Positions 1 to 9,870 are shown, counted from the stretch's first letter. The stretch is 64,000 nucleotides of DNA from Candidatus Poribacteria bacterium (GCA_003635185.1 PYJA01000131.1:1035-65034), one strand, 5' to 3'. Notes: generated from the letters alone by a model not told the origin. Numbers and translations: made by a program.

Positions 1-1254
1 AAGGATGCTCAAAGGTATATCCTGGATGTCTACACCATCAATAAAAATAGTACCGCGCTCAGCTTGGCGGATGCGCGGAATGAGATTGACAAGACTGGAT
101 TTCCCTGATCCCGTTCCCCCTACAATTGCAAGCGTAGTTCCTTGTTTGATTTTAAGATTGATGTTTTTTAGTACGGGCTGTCCATCAGGATATGAAAAAC
201 TTAGATTCCTAAATTCAATTGATCCGTCAATACCTTTAATGTTCCACTTGACGTTTTCACCATCGTAAATTTCCGGTTTTTCATTGAGGATTGCGTTTAT
301 CCGATCCATAGATGCGGTGCCACGTTCAAATGTGTTGACAATGAAACCGAGCATAATCATTGGGCGAACAAGCATCATGAGGTAGGCACTGAAAGCAATA
401 AAATCACCAAGTGTTATTTTTTCCTGAATTACATGGAGTCCCCCCATCCAAAGCACAACTACACCAGCGATCCCCGGTAAAAAACGGAATAGTGGAAAGA
501 AGAAGTTCATCAATCGTATCTGCTTGTGATTACGATTAACAAATTCTTGATTCAGTTCCTTGAAGTGTTCAACCTCATCCGCCTCAAGCGTGTATGCTTT
601 AACAACTCGTACACCAGATAGATTCTCTTGCACTTTTGTGTTCATTGTTGAAAAAGCCTCTTGGATGCGTTCATAGCGTACATGCAAGTGCTTTCCAAGG
701 AAGCGAATTATGATTGCAAGTATAGGATAGGGCAACAAAGCGACAAGAGTCAAAGTGGTATCAATATGCAACATAATCACGAGTGCTAATCCAAAAAATA
801 CCGTTGCATCTGCCATATACATGATAGCACTGCTAAGGACCATCCGAATAGCGTTTAGGTCGCTGGTTGCGCGTGTCATTAAATCCCCTGTACGCACATT
901 ATCATAATAAGAAGCGGAGAGTTTTTGGAGATGAAGAAAAAAGTCGGCACGGAGATGAAATTCCATCTGCCGAGCGACACCTTGGATCGTGCGGCGCTGG
1001 ACGAAACGCAAAATTCCACCAAAAAGTGCGATGCCAAAAATAAGGGCAGCGAAAAAGAGAATTCGCTCTTGGGACACCGTCACATTTGGGTCGTCAAATG
1101 CTTGTTCCAATTCATCAATAAACGTTTTCAGTATCTGCGGACTGATTAGCAAAAGTCCATTTGTTAAAAGGACAAGAATGAAACTGAACAAGATGGCGTA
1201 TTGATACCTTTTGACGTATTTTTTCAGACCGAGTAGACTGCGAATGGTGGACAT
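1..1254 (-). CDS. ABC exporter, fused permease/ATP-binding protein (MsbA-like), C-terminal part cut by window edge
   Basis: Absent from the ORF track because it runs off the window. My reverse translation from the ATG at 1254 gives MSTIRSLLGLKKYVKRYQYAILF..., then a multi-TM exporter-type region and Walker A 'GGTGSGKSS' (about 100-135). The frame is open to base 1. Confidence 0.85.
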   Translation of the reverse strand, partial: MSTIRSLLGLKKYVKRYQYAILFSFILVLLTNGLLLISPQILKTFIDELEQAFDDPNVTVSQERILFFAALIFGIALFGGILRFVQRRTIQGVARQMEFHLRADFFLHLQKLSASYYDNVRTGDLMTRATSDLNAIRMVLSSAIMYMADATVFFGLALVIMLHIDTTLTLVALLPYPILAIIIRFLGKHLHVRYERIQEAFSTMNTKVQENLSGVRVVKAYTLEADEVEHFKELNQEFVNRNHKQIRLMNFFFPLFRFLPGIAGVVVLWMGGLHVIQEKITLGDFIAFSAYLMMLVRPMIMLGFIVNTFERGTASMDRINAILNEKPEIYDGENVKWNIKGIDGSIEFRNLSFSYPDGQPVLKNINLKIKQGTTLAIVGGTGSGKSSLVNLIPRIRQAERGTIFIDGVDIQDIPLSIL

Positions 1255-1514
1255 CCTTCCCGCGCCAGTAAATTTGGACCCCGCGCGTTGCACAAAATAG
1301 GTATTGCATTTTGACGTGAATTTGGGGTGGGTGTTTAATTGAGTTTTACAGCAAAGGCGATAGGTGTTGCAATCACACTTTTTTGTAAAGTGCATCCAAG
1401 ATTGTGTATAGGTGAATCATCATTTTATATTACGTGACAGTCTGTTCAACTTCTAATTGTGAGAAGGAACACTATCACAATCCCCAATATACCAATTGCC
1501 AAGAGGACAAATAT

Positions 1515-3518
1515 ATGCAAAATAGCGAAAATTGGTCGCCTGCTTTTACGCAGCATAATAATAACGATATAACGACTTGGGAACTTCCTGAAGGCGCAAC
1601 CGCCCGATTAGGACAAGGCAGGATAGATCAAAGTATCACTCCCTCGCCAGATGGAAAGTATTTCGTCGTTTCCAGTGACATAGGGGTGTGGTGGTATAAT
1701 GTATCAACTATGACTCCTATTGATCTCTGGGATACTGACAGAGGATATATTTCAACTGTCTCCTTTTCACCAAACGGCAAGTGGCTTGCAACTGGCGATG
1801 GAGACGGTCTCGTCAAAGTATGGGATGTGCAGCGAGGTGTTTGCATTTCTCAAATGGAACGAGATGAAGCGGAGAGACCTTATCATATTGTCTCCCGCCT
1901 CGTCTTTTCGCCTGATAGTCAGCTTCTCGCTGTCTCCAGTCAGCGTGACTACATCTTATACGTCTGGAACACTGAAACAGGGGAACGGATTGCAAAATTT
2001 CACGACAATACCAATTATAGATGGTTGCCTTTTCTCTTACGACCTATTGCCTTCTCTCCAGATAGCAGCCTGATAGCGTGTACAATGCCTGATGATAGTT
2101 TATTCGCACATGCAGATCGCGGTGGTACAATCCGTACTCCTGAACATTCTTCTAACTATATTGCTGTGTGGAATATTAAAACAGGTGAACAAATAACTTG
2201 TCTTACAGAACATCCAGATTTTGTTTATAGTCTTGGTTTTTCACCTTGCGGGAAATTTCTGGCATCTGGAGGACGAGATGGTACGGTTCGGGTTTGGTCA
2301 GTCATAAATTGGGAGTTACTCCATACTTTTCAGAATCTTGGAACGGAACGGAAGAAAGTTTTCTATTCTCCAGAGGGTGTGCTGCACGCTTTAGAAGTGT
2401 CTGATGATGCCTTCATCGTGTGGGATGTAGCGCGCGGTGAAAAGGGCAACTTCTACCTTGAAGCGCATAGTTTTCTCCATGATGCCCACGTTCCGAAAGG
2501 CACCCCATTCGTTTCAGTTTCTTATAACCCACGTGAATTTCGGAAATGGACGGTAGGTGATTCCGAACCACATTCATTTCCCCATTTACATACTGCTGTT
2601 CCTTTTTCGCTGGTTTTTTCGCCAGATGGAAAAACACTTGCAGGCGGGTGTTGGAGCGAAAATGAAAAGGTGATGTTATGGGATATTACCCAACCATCCA
2701 CGCCGCCATCCAGTTTCAGTCTACCTGGAAGAGAATATATAGTCTCTGTGTCGTCACACGGAAAAATCTATGCAACTGGTCGTGATAACACAATTGCCAA
2801 GGTGTGGGAAATTGGAAACACTGAGACACCCATCGCCACTTTCACACTTCCTGACGAAGAAATCCCTCTTGCCGAACAAGAAAGACAGGTATCAACGGCA
2901 GTGTTCGCACACAAAAGCAACAAACTGGCATGTGGGGATAGTGAAGGCATGTTGTATGTGTGGGATGTACAGCAACAGCACATACAACATGCCTTCAAAG
3001 CACATGATGGATGGATTAATTCACTTGCTTTTAGCCCAAATGAAAAACTGCTTTTGAGCATTAGGAATACTGGACCTGTCTCCCAATTGTGGGATGTGGA
3101 AAGTTATGAAGCAATTGATACGTTTCCTAAAAAAACTTATGGGTTTGCTTTCTCACCTTGTAGTACTTTAATTGCCATCGGTAAAGGAAAGGAGATTCTC
3201 TTATGGGATATTGAGCATTGTGAAACTGTCATGAATATCCCTCAGCCAAAGGACAGTTGGAATCCATTTGCGTTAGCATTTTCGCCGTGTGGTCGCTATT
3301 TGGCTTCTGGTGCGTGGTGGATACGAGGTTTCGGTATTAAAAAATGTGCGGTGCGGTTATGGGATGTTGCAAGTGGTGAAAATGTTGCTACTTTCCGAGG
3401 CGGGCATCCTACAGATGTGCAGAGTCTCGCTTTCTCACCGGATGGCACTATTTTAGCGAGTGGCGGTTATGATGGCACCATTTTGTTTTGGGATTTGAAA
3501 CCTTATATAGACTCCTAA
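1515..3518 (+). CDS. WD40 (beta-propeller) repeat protein
   Basis: Track ORF 1434..3518. It has many 'FSPDGxxLASGxxDGTxxxWD' blades. I place the start at ATG 1515 (MQNSENWSP...) because the downstream paralog begins MQNSEIRSP... at the equivalent point and 1434 is a GTG extension. Confidence 0.85.
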   Translation: MQNSENWSPAFTQHNNNDITTWELPEGATARLGQGRIDQSITPSPDGKYFVVSSDIGVWWYNVSTMTPIDLWDTDRGYISTVSFSPNGKWLATGDGDGLVKVWDVQRGVCISQMERDEAERPYHIVSRLVFSPDSQLLAVSSQRDYILYVWNTETGERIAKFHDNTNYRWLPFLLRPIAFSPDSSLIACTMPDDSLFAHADRGGTIRTPEHSSNYIAVWNIKTGEQITCLTEHPDFVYSLGFSPCGKFLASGGRDGTVRVWSVINWELLHTFQNLGTERKKVFYSPEGVLHALEVSDDAFIVWDVARGEKGNFYLEAHSFLHDAHVPKGTPFVSVSYNPREFRKWTVGDSEPHSFPHLHTAVPFSLVFSPDGKTLAGGCWSENEKVMLWDITQPSTPPSSFSLPGREYIVSVSSHGKIYATGRDNTIAKVWEIGNTETPIATFTLPDEEIPLAEQERQVSTAVFAHKSNKLACGDSEGMLYVWDVQQQHIQHAFKAHDGWINSLAFSPNEKLLLSIRNTGPVSQLWDVESYEAIDTFPKKTYGFAFSPCSTLIAIGKGKEILLWDIEHCETVMNIPQPKDSWNPFALAFSPCGRYLASGAWWIRGFGIKKCAVRLWDVASGENVATFRGGHPTDVQSLAFSPDGTILASGGYDGTILFWDLKPYIDS

Positions 3519-3599
3519 CACCAACAATCAACTTAACAAGTATAGCACTATACTCAGCCAAAAATAGTCTCTAATCCAATTTATAAGGATACTGAATTT

Positions 3600-5635
3600 A
3601 TGCAAAATAGTGAAATACGGTCGCCTGCTATTAGGCAGACTGAAAACAGTGATATAATAACTTGGGAACTACCCGATGGTGCAATTTCGCGGTTAGGACA
3701 AGGAAAAATGATGGACGATATAACACCACAACCAATTGCTCCATCGCCAGATGGGAGATATATCGCTGTAGGCAATACAATAGGAGTTTGGTGGTATGAT
3801 CTATCTACCATGACTCCGATTACTTTATGGGATACAGGTAGGGGATGGATTACTGCTATTTCTTTTTCACCCAATGGCAAATGGCTTGCTACAGGAGATG
3901 GGGAAGGAATTGTCAAGGTATGGGATGTACATAGCGGTGATTGTATTTCACAGATGCAACGAGATGAGTCGAAGAAAATGGAACAATTTATGTTTAATAC
4001 AAATCTTGTTTCACATTTAGCCTTTTCACCAGACAGCCAATACCTCACATCTTCCAGTAGGTGGGATTACATTCTGTATGTCTGGCACACAGAAACTGGT
4101 GATCGGATTGCAAAATTTCACGTCGAAACCAATTTTAAATGGTCCGGTGGATCTCCGCGACCTATTGCCTTCTCTGCCGACGGTAGCCTGTTGGCATGCA
4201 CGATGCCTGACTATAGTCTGTTGGCATGTGCAGACTCTAACGATAGAATCCGAGTCCCTGAACACTCTTTTAACTATATTGCGGTATGGGATTTGAAGAA
4301 CGGGGAACAGGTCGCCTGCCTAACAGAACCCACCGATTTCGCAGATAGCCTCTGCTTTTCACCGTGTGGGAAGTTTCTCGCATCCAGCGGGCAGAAGGGT
4401 ACGGTTAAGGTTTGGACACTTACCGATTGGAAAATGACACAAGAATTCCACGACTATGGAACAATGGAACAGAACCAAAGAAAGTCTTCTATTCACCAGA
4501 GAGCGTCCTATATGCTGCTGAAATCTCAAATGATACCTTCACCGTGTGGGATTTAGAAAGCGGTGAAAAGTCCGACACGTACTTTGAAGAACATCATGGT
4601 CTTCAAGGTAACCATTTACCAAAAGAATGCCCTTTCGCCTCCTTGACCGAAAGCGAATTTAAGGTATGGAAAGTCAGCAATTCCCAACCCAAGACATTTA
4701 GTTATTCGTATATCGGTGTACCTTATTCCCTCGCCTTTTCTCAGGATGGAAAAACCCTTGCAGCCTCATGTTCGGGAAATACACTGATGTTCTGGGACAC
4801 TGCCAATCCCTCTCAACCGCCAAGTCGTTTTAAAGAAGCTCGCGGGAACTTCGCTTTTTCTATATCACCGCTTGGTAAATTGTATGCGACTGCACCTGAG
4901 CAGGGCACTACGAAAGGACGGATTATAAGTGTATGGGAAATTGGAAACGACAAGATACCAATTACCTCTTTCACGTTCCCTGAGCAAGAAAATCGAGTAG
5001 CACTGTATAGTTCTGTATTCGCACCGACAAGCAACTTGATCGCATGCGGGGATAATGAAGGCACGCTTTATGTGTGGGATGTGGGGAAACAGAAAATGTT
5101 ACATAAACTCAAAGCACATACAGCGTGGATACATTTTATCGCATTTAGCCCAAACGAAAAACAACTCGTGAGTATCAGGCATGCTGGTCCCGTATCGCGA
5201 ATGTGGGATATTGAAAGCGGTGCAGCAATCGCAGCATTTCCAAATAAAGCCACGCACATCGCGTTTTCACCGTGTAGTACCATCGCCGCTTGTTGTGGAA
5301 AAAAAGATATTTTATTTTGGGATATTGCGCAGCGTGAAACTGTCAAGGCAATTCCTCAGCCGAAGGATAGTTGGGGACAACTGCATGCGTTAGCATTTTC
5401 ACCGTGTGGACGTTATCTCGCGTCCGGTACGTGGTGGAATGTGTGGATGGACAAAATGGCAATACGGTTATGGGAAGTAGAGAGTGGTGAGAATATCGTC
5501 ACTTTTTGGGGACACAGCAGCGATATTCAAGACCTTACCTTCTCACCAGACGGAACGATTTTAGCGAGTGGCGGTTATGATGGCACTATCCTGCTTTGGG
5601 ATATGAAGCCCTATATGGATGACGTGTGTTCATGA
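3600..5635 (+). pseudogene. WD40 repeat protein, tandem paralog of 1515..3518, split by a +8 frameshift
   Basis: Track ORFs 3600..4556 and 4412..5635 are colinear with the single upstream paralog. The frame switches exactly at a duplicated octamer at 4456-4471. Removing one copy restores ...FHDYGTEPKKVFYSPE..., compared with paralog ...FQNLGTERKKVFYSPE... Confidence 0.8.
4456..4471 (+). repeat. Perfect 8-bp tandem duplication ATGGAACA x2 causing the WD40 frameshift
   Basis: Read directly: ct ATGGAACA ATGGAACA gaacc. Confidence 0.9.
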
Positions 5636-5684
5636 TCGATCATGGCTACGCAGATTATAGTGAAATCCACAATTACCTGGACAT

Positions 5685-5746
5685 TGGCGAGGTTTCCTAA
5701 CCTCACATGCATGCCCCGCTGCTGGCAAGGTTTCCTAACCTCGCCA
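5685..5746. repeat. REP-like hairpin element (two GGTTTCCTAACC hairpins inside a 10-bp outer inverted repeat)
   Basis: tggcgaggtt...aacctcgcca outer inverted repeat. The GGTTTCCTAACC core recurs at 27308-27333 and in degenerate form near 9211 and 34470. Confidence 0.5.
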
Positions 5747-5806
5747 CAGGACCGATTTATTACTTAATCTTCATCAGCTAAGGGATATGTCAATTTTGAC
5801 TCTATT

Positions 5807-5924
5807 AGGACGGACGCATTCCCCCTGATAAGAGGGTTAGGGGGTAAAAAGGCGTTATTTTAGGTCCTTAACCCCCTAAATCCCCCTTATCAAGGGGGAC
5901 TTCAAGTGAAAATGCGCCCATCCT
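5807..5924 (+). mobile_element. MITE-like repeat, copy 1 (about 118 bp, imperfect 14-bp terminal inverted repeats AGGAYGGRCGCATT)
   Basis: Near-identical to 6422-6537 and reverse-complementary to 52393-52523. The internal palindromes CCCCTTGATAAGGGGG are shared. Confidence 0.6.
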
Positions 5925-5940
5925 GTCCTAAAAAGACGTA

Positions 5941-6333
5941 TTACTTCTCTTTTTGAACAGGTTTCACAGGATTAACAATTGATGGCATCTTATCAGGGTC
6001 TTTCCCATTAGCTGCCCATTCAATCCATTCGGCATCCCTTTCAGCTTTGCCTTCAGCTTTGCCTTCAGCTCTACCTTCAGCCATTATCTTTTTTTTGTAC
6101 CTATCTGCTTGCCTAAACATAAAGATCACCCAATCCTTTATTTTCAGTAGTAGAGTTGCCATTAAGGTAAATAACGGTATAGCAGTTCCACTATTTGTAA
6201 TAATTAAGTTCCAACTATTTTTTTCGTAAACACACCAAATAATATAAGCACCTGTGATAGATGCTGTGATTAGTAAAACTGCAACTGCATCAGTAGAAGT
6301 TATTTCTAACTTATTATCTTTTTCATTATCCAT
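5941..6333 (-). CDS. Small two-TM membrane protein with AEGRAEGKAEGKAE repeat tail, hypothetical
   Basis: Track ORF 5941..6375 has a GTG start. The ATG at 6333 (MDNEKDNK...) has a GAGGT upstream. There are two hydrophobic helices. The gene is AT-rich and bracketed by two MITE copies. Confidence 0.5.
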   Translation of the reverse strand: MDNEKDNKLEITSTDAVAVLLITASITGAYIIWCVYEKNSWNLIITNSGTAIPLFTLMATLLLKIKDWVIFMFRQADRYKKKIMAEGRAEGKAEGKAERDAEWIEWAANGKDPDKMPSIVNPVKPVQKEK

Positions 6334-6421
6334 TTTTATAGTATACCTCAAAAAAAATAAATTATCAAGATTCACTTGATACTCTTTTGATCGAACCAGC
6401 TTGGAATCGAAACTAAATTGT

Positions 6422-6537
6422 AGGACGGACGCATTCCCTTGATAAGGGGTTAGGAGGGTAAAAAGGCGTTATTTTAGGTCCTTAACCCCCTAAATCCCCC
6501 TTATCAAGGGGACTTCAAGTGAAAATGCGTAAGTCTT
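6422..6537 (+). mobile_element. MITE-like repeat, copy 2
   Basis: Same orientation and nearly the same sequence as 5807-5924. Confidence 0.6.
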
Positions 6538-6568
6538 GTCTATAATACAAACCTGCTATGAAACCAAT

Positions 6569-7561
6569 CTATTCGTCAAGCCAACTCATCATACTACGTA
6601 AATTCTTGCCAACTGCCTCAATTTCCAATTCAGCTTCTTGTCGGCGAAGTGCTTGCAGTACAGGTTGATTTGCCTGATTTTCAAGCACCCATTCACGTGC
6701 GAAAACACCACCTTGCACGTCTTTTAGAATCTGGCGCATTTTTTCCCGAACATCATCGTCAATGAGTTGCGGGCCGCGCGTCAGGTCACCATATTCAGCG
6801 GTGTTACTCACATCGTTCCGCATCTTGCTCAATCCGCCGGTATAGATAAGGTCTACGATTAGTTTTAACTCATGGAGACATTCAAAATATGCCATCTCTG
6901 GTTGATAACCTGCCTCAACGAGTGTATCAAAAGCTGCTTTGATGAGGGCAGCGGTGCCGCCACACAGCACAGCTTGTTCACCAAAAAGGTCGGTTTCAGT
7001 TTCTTCACGGAATGTCGTTTCAATGACCCCAGCGCGTGTACCACCAATGCCTCTTGCATAAGCGAGTGCAATATCGCGGGCAGCACCGGTAGTGTCTTGA
7101 TGAATAGCAATGAGACACGGCACACCGCCACCACCTTCAAATACTTCACGGACAAGAGAACCAGGTCCCTTCGGGGCGATCATCGTAACGTCAATATCGT
7201 CTGCTGGGACAATCTGTCCAAAATGAACGCTAAACCCGTGTGATACCATCAGCATGTTTCCTGCTTGCATATTCGGTGCTATCTGCTCGCGGTAGACAGC
7301 AGAATGTTTTTCGTCGGGAATCAGAATCTGGACAATATCCGCCATCGTTGATGCTTCTTCCACTGTTTTGACAGTAATGCCTTCTGCTTCCGCGCGTGCT
7401 TTTGAACGACTGCCCTCATATAATCCAACAACAACGTTTGCGCCGCTATCTTGTAAGTTTAGTGCTTGTGCCCTGCCTTGCGCACCATAACCGATAATGG
7501 CGACGGTACGCTCCTTTAGTAAATCAAAATTGGCATCGCTATCGTAATAAATTGTTGCCAT
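6569..7561 (-). CDS. ilvC: Ketol-acid reductoisomerase
   Basis: 330 aa. N-terminal NADP-binding motif '[19 protein letters not shown]' and class I KARI length and sequence pattern. Confidence 0.95.
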   Translation of the reverse strand: MATIYYDSDANFDLLKERTVAIIGYGAQGRAQALNLQDSGANVVVGLYEGSRSKARAEAEGITVKTVEEASTMADIVQILIPDEKHSAVYREQIAPNMQAGNMLMVSHGFSVHFGQIVPADDIDVTMIAPKGPGSLVREVFEGGGGVPCLIAIHQDTTGAARDIALAYARGIGGTRAGVIETTFREETETDLFGEQAVLCGGTAALIKAAFDTLVEAGYQPEMAYFECLHELKLIVDLIYTGGLSKMRNDVSNTAEYGDLTRGPQLIDDDVREKMRQILKDVQGGVFAREWVLENQANQPVLQALRRQEAELEIEAVGKNLRSMMSWLDE

Positions 7562-7638
7562 ACAATTTTTTCCTCTCTTTTGAATCTTTTCTGATAAAGT
7601 CTATCCGATCTCTATTACTGTTTTGTGATTATTTGATA

Positions 7639-7782
7639 CTATTTCAGGATTAACATTTTCCGCGTAGCAGTGAAATCGCCTGCCGTTAATGTATAAAAAT
7701 AGATACCACTCGCCACAGACTCACCCACGCTATTTCTGCCATCCCAATATGCAGCACGACTACAGTTCTGATGAATACCTGC
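7639..7782 (-). pseudogene. Remnant of a C-terminal sorting/FlgD-Ig-like (T9SS-type) domain, orphan fragment
   Basis: My reverse translation gives AGIHQNCSRAAYWDGRNSVGESVASGIYFYTLTAGDFTATRKMLILK*, the typical '...WDGRN..GE.VASGxYFY.L.AG.F.ATRKMxxLK' tail. A stop lies immediately upstream and the preceding strand-like sequence is in another frame. Confidence 0.5.
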
Positions 7783-7853
7783 AAACTATTGATGTCCAAG
7801 TATAATGGCCACGCCTTTGCATCGTACCAATCGTCTTGGCGGTCTTTCTTTTA

Positions 7854-8906
7854 TCAAGGGTTGGGAATGTAATTTAAGGATGTATTTTGAATGTATTCCC
7901 AAAACCGATCAAGTGTAATTTCGATAAACTTATTTCTTCCTAAATTTCCGTAGAATATCCAATTGTTAGACTTTATACTATTAGCAAAAACTCCGAGTGG
8001 AGTAGCTGTTGCAGTGAGATAAGAATATAATTGGCCACGTCCATCCTTTACGTCTGAGAAACCTTCTCGTTTGCATTCTATAATGGCAGATAAGTTTTGC
8101 TTCCGATCAACAATCACAACATCAGCTCTGCGTTTATCAACTCCCATCTGAATTTCATATTCAGTCTTAATAAAAAAACCGCTTAATTTGGGAGAGAAAT
8201 AATTTATAACAGCTTCTACTACTTTTGCTTCATGCGGAGCATCTTGACGACAATAAGGACACAAAATGAAACGAGGATAGCGCTGTTGAAAATATGAGTG
8301 CTGATGGCAAAATACTTTGTTTAGTTTTCTAATAACGGGACCGAATTCAACATTGGTTTCAATATTATGAGCGTAAATGTGTCCATGGTTGTCTTGGCCT
8401 ATTGAGATTGATTGCATTGAATTAGCAGGCGTTTTTAATACACATTCAATTTCTGGCTTTAACACTTGCCTGAGTTTTAGTAGGTTCTTGATGTGCCAGG
8501 ATCTGATTTCTTCTAATTCACCGTCAGAAAACTCAATCGATCCGACACGAGAGAAAGCAATCCTTGAAGGTCCTTTTTTTTCATGGCGTATCCATTCTAA
8601 TGCTGCTCCAAACTTTTTATGGATTTCACTCTTACGCTTCTCTAAGGCATCAAAAACATTTAGTCTCCCTCCTTTAACATCATCATAGATATTTACGTAA
8701 GCAAGTGCTTTGCCATCTGTCTCAAACATTGCACCATATTTAATCATGCCAAACCCAGAACCAAAGACGTAACAATTTTGTGGTAGTGCCTTCTTTGCAT
8801 TTGTGAAATAATGAATTTCTCGGAGCTCGTCAATAAGCACCTGGAAATAGGCTCGATACTTCTTTTTAATAATAGGAGGTATTTTCCTTTTGTGTAAATC
8901 TTGCAT
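7854..8906 (-). CDS. DUF4268-like N-terminal domain fused to a PD-(D/E)xK (HsdR-N-like) nuclease domain
   Basis: 350 aa. The C-terminal 'RADVVIVD...SAIIECKREG' fits a D...(D/E)xK restriction-endonuclease-fold core. The N-terminal half resembles DUF4268 from memory. The gene is AT-rich relative to the flanking ilv genes. Confidence 0.6.
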   Translation of the reverse strand: MQDLHKRKIPPIIKKKYRAYFQVLIDELREIHYFTNAKKALPQNCYVFGSGFGMIKYGAMFETDGKALAYVNIYDDVKGGRLNVFDALEKRKSEIHKKFGAALEWIRHEKKGPSRIAFSRVGSIEFSDGELEEIRSWHIKNLLKLRQVLKPEIECVLKTPANSMQSISIGQDNHGHIYAHNIETNVEFGPVIRKLNKVFCHQHSYFQQRYPRFILCPYCRQDAPHEAKVVEAVINYFSPKLSGFFIKTEYEIQMGVDKRRADVVIVDRKQNLSAIIECKREGFSDVKDGRGQLYSYLTATATPLGVFANSIKSNNWIFYGNLGRNKFIEITLDRFWEYIQNTSLNYIPNP

Positions 8907-9158
8907 TTGGTCAGTTCCGTTGTTTATTAAGAGAACAGATCACTTCTGAATCAGTATCTTCTGCGTTGCAGTTTGGGCGATGTTTTGTTGTGCATTGGCA
9001 TTTTGATAACCTAAAATCAAAACTAATAAACAACTGATTGTAATAAAATTTATGCGAAACTTCAAAATAATTCCTCCTCATCTGACGTGCTTTGATTCTG
9101 TTTTATTTAGTAAAATAACATCTACAGAATATCCAAACTTAAGGTTTTTGTCAAGTAG

Positions 9159-9310
9159 ACTATAATAACTCAAGTTGCCACATATTTCGTAAATTCTCTT
9201 GTAGGAGGGGTTTCCAACCCCGATTTATTACAAATGACACTATGAATCAAGGAAAAAAACAGTGTCTTTCTGTTCAAAGTTTTGTAAGTAGCAACTTGAG
9301 TTATTATAGT
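9159..9310. repeat. 20-bp perfect inverted repeat pair (ACTATAATAACTCAAGTTGC / GCAACTTGAGTTATTATAGT) enclosing a TGTAGG-type REP hairpin
   Basis: Arms at 9159-9178 and 9291-9310, read directly. The interior contains tgtaggaggggtttccaaccccgatt. Confidence 0.6.
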
Positions 9311-9413
9311 AAAATCCAAAAATATATGCACACTTTTGGTCCGTGGGACCTAAACCGCCAGACTGTGCTGTAGCACAAACTGTATCAAGTTTAAATAAAT
9401 ATTTCGGTAATTT

Positions 9414-9587
9414 CTTTAGTCCCGTAGGGACGATATGTTTATAGAAAAACGTTGAACAACGCCTCTTTAGTCCCGTAGGGACGATATGTAAAAAATATGT
9501 CGTTGGCATACACATATCGTCCCTACGGGACTAATGGAATGAGGTCGTCCGCGCTGCTATAAACATATCGTCCCTACGGGACTAAAG
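9414..9587. repeat. Cluster of four 25-bp hairpin repeats CTTTAGTCCCGTAGGGACGATATGT (two direct, then two inverted)
   Basis: Copies at 9414-9438, 9465-9489 (+) and 9512-9536, 9563-9587 (-). Each pair is separated by 26 bp. The core GTCCC-GTA-GGGAC is a hairpin. The same doublet occurs at 53850-53925. Confidence 0.85.
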
Positions 9588-9870
9588 ATCACTTAAAATG
9601 TTCCGAATATGCATAATGAAATTACCGAATTAATAAATTAATCTTCATTTAGTTTGTGCAGTAGTGTACGCAAACTAACAGTTTGCGCTACAATTCTGTG
9701 CAAGTAATTATAGATTTCACTATAATCAAAACCGTTCAATTATCAGAGAATCGCTCTTGTTGCAGGCTTTGTGTATGTCAAACGCCATGGGACATTTGAT
9801 ATTGATTCACAGTGGAGTGAACTTGTGGGAAGGTAAAACTACTGGAAATTGAACTGTTTTAACGTCGAGA

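Noticed and set aside
1434-1514. GTG-initiated N-terminal extension of the first WD40 gene
   Set aside because: The tandem paralog starts at the equivalent MQNSE... methionine. The extension (MTVCSTSNCEKEHYHN...) has no counterpart.
8940-9065. 41-codon signal-peptide-like ORF with a strong GAGGAGG RBS and a TTG start
   Set aside because: It is not listed as a feature because it is very short, uses a non-ATG start and has no homology evidence. It is mentioned under the ilv-insertion finding as a candidate only.
9240-9515. 91-aa track ORF on the minus strand (contains ...IVPTGLK...IVPTGLK...)
   Set aside because: It is simply a read-through translation of the 25-bp hairpin repeats and REP sequences in an intergenic region, with no RBS or coding-like composition.
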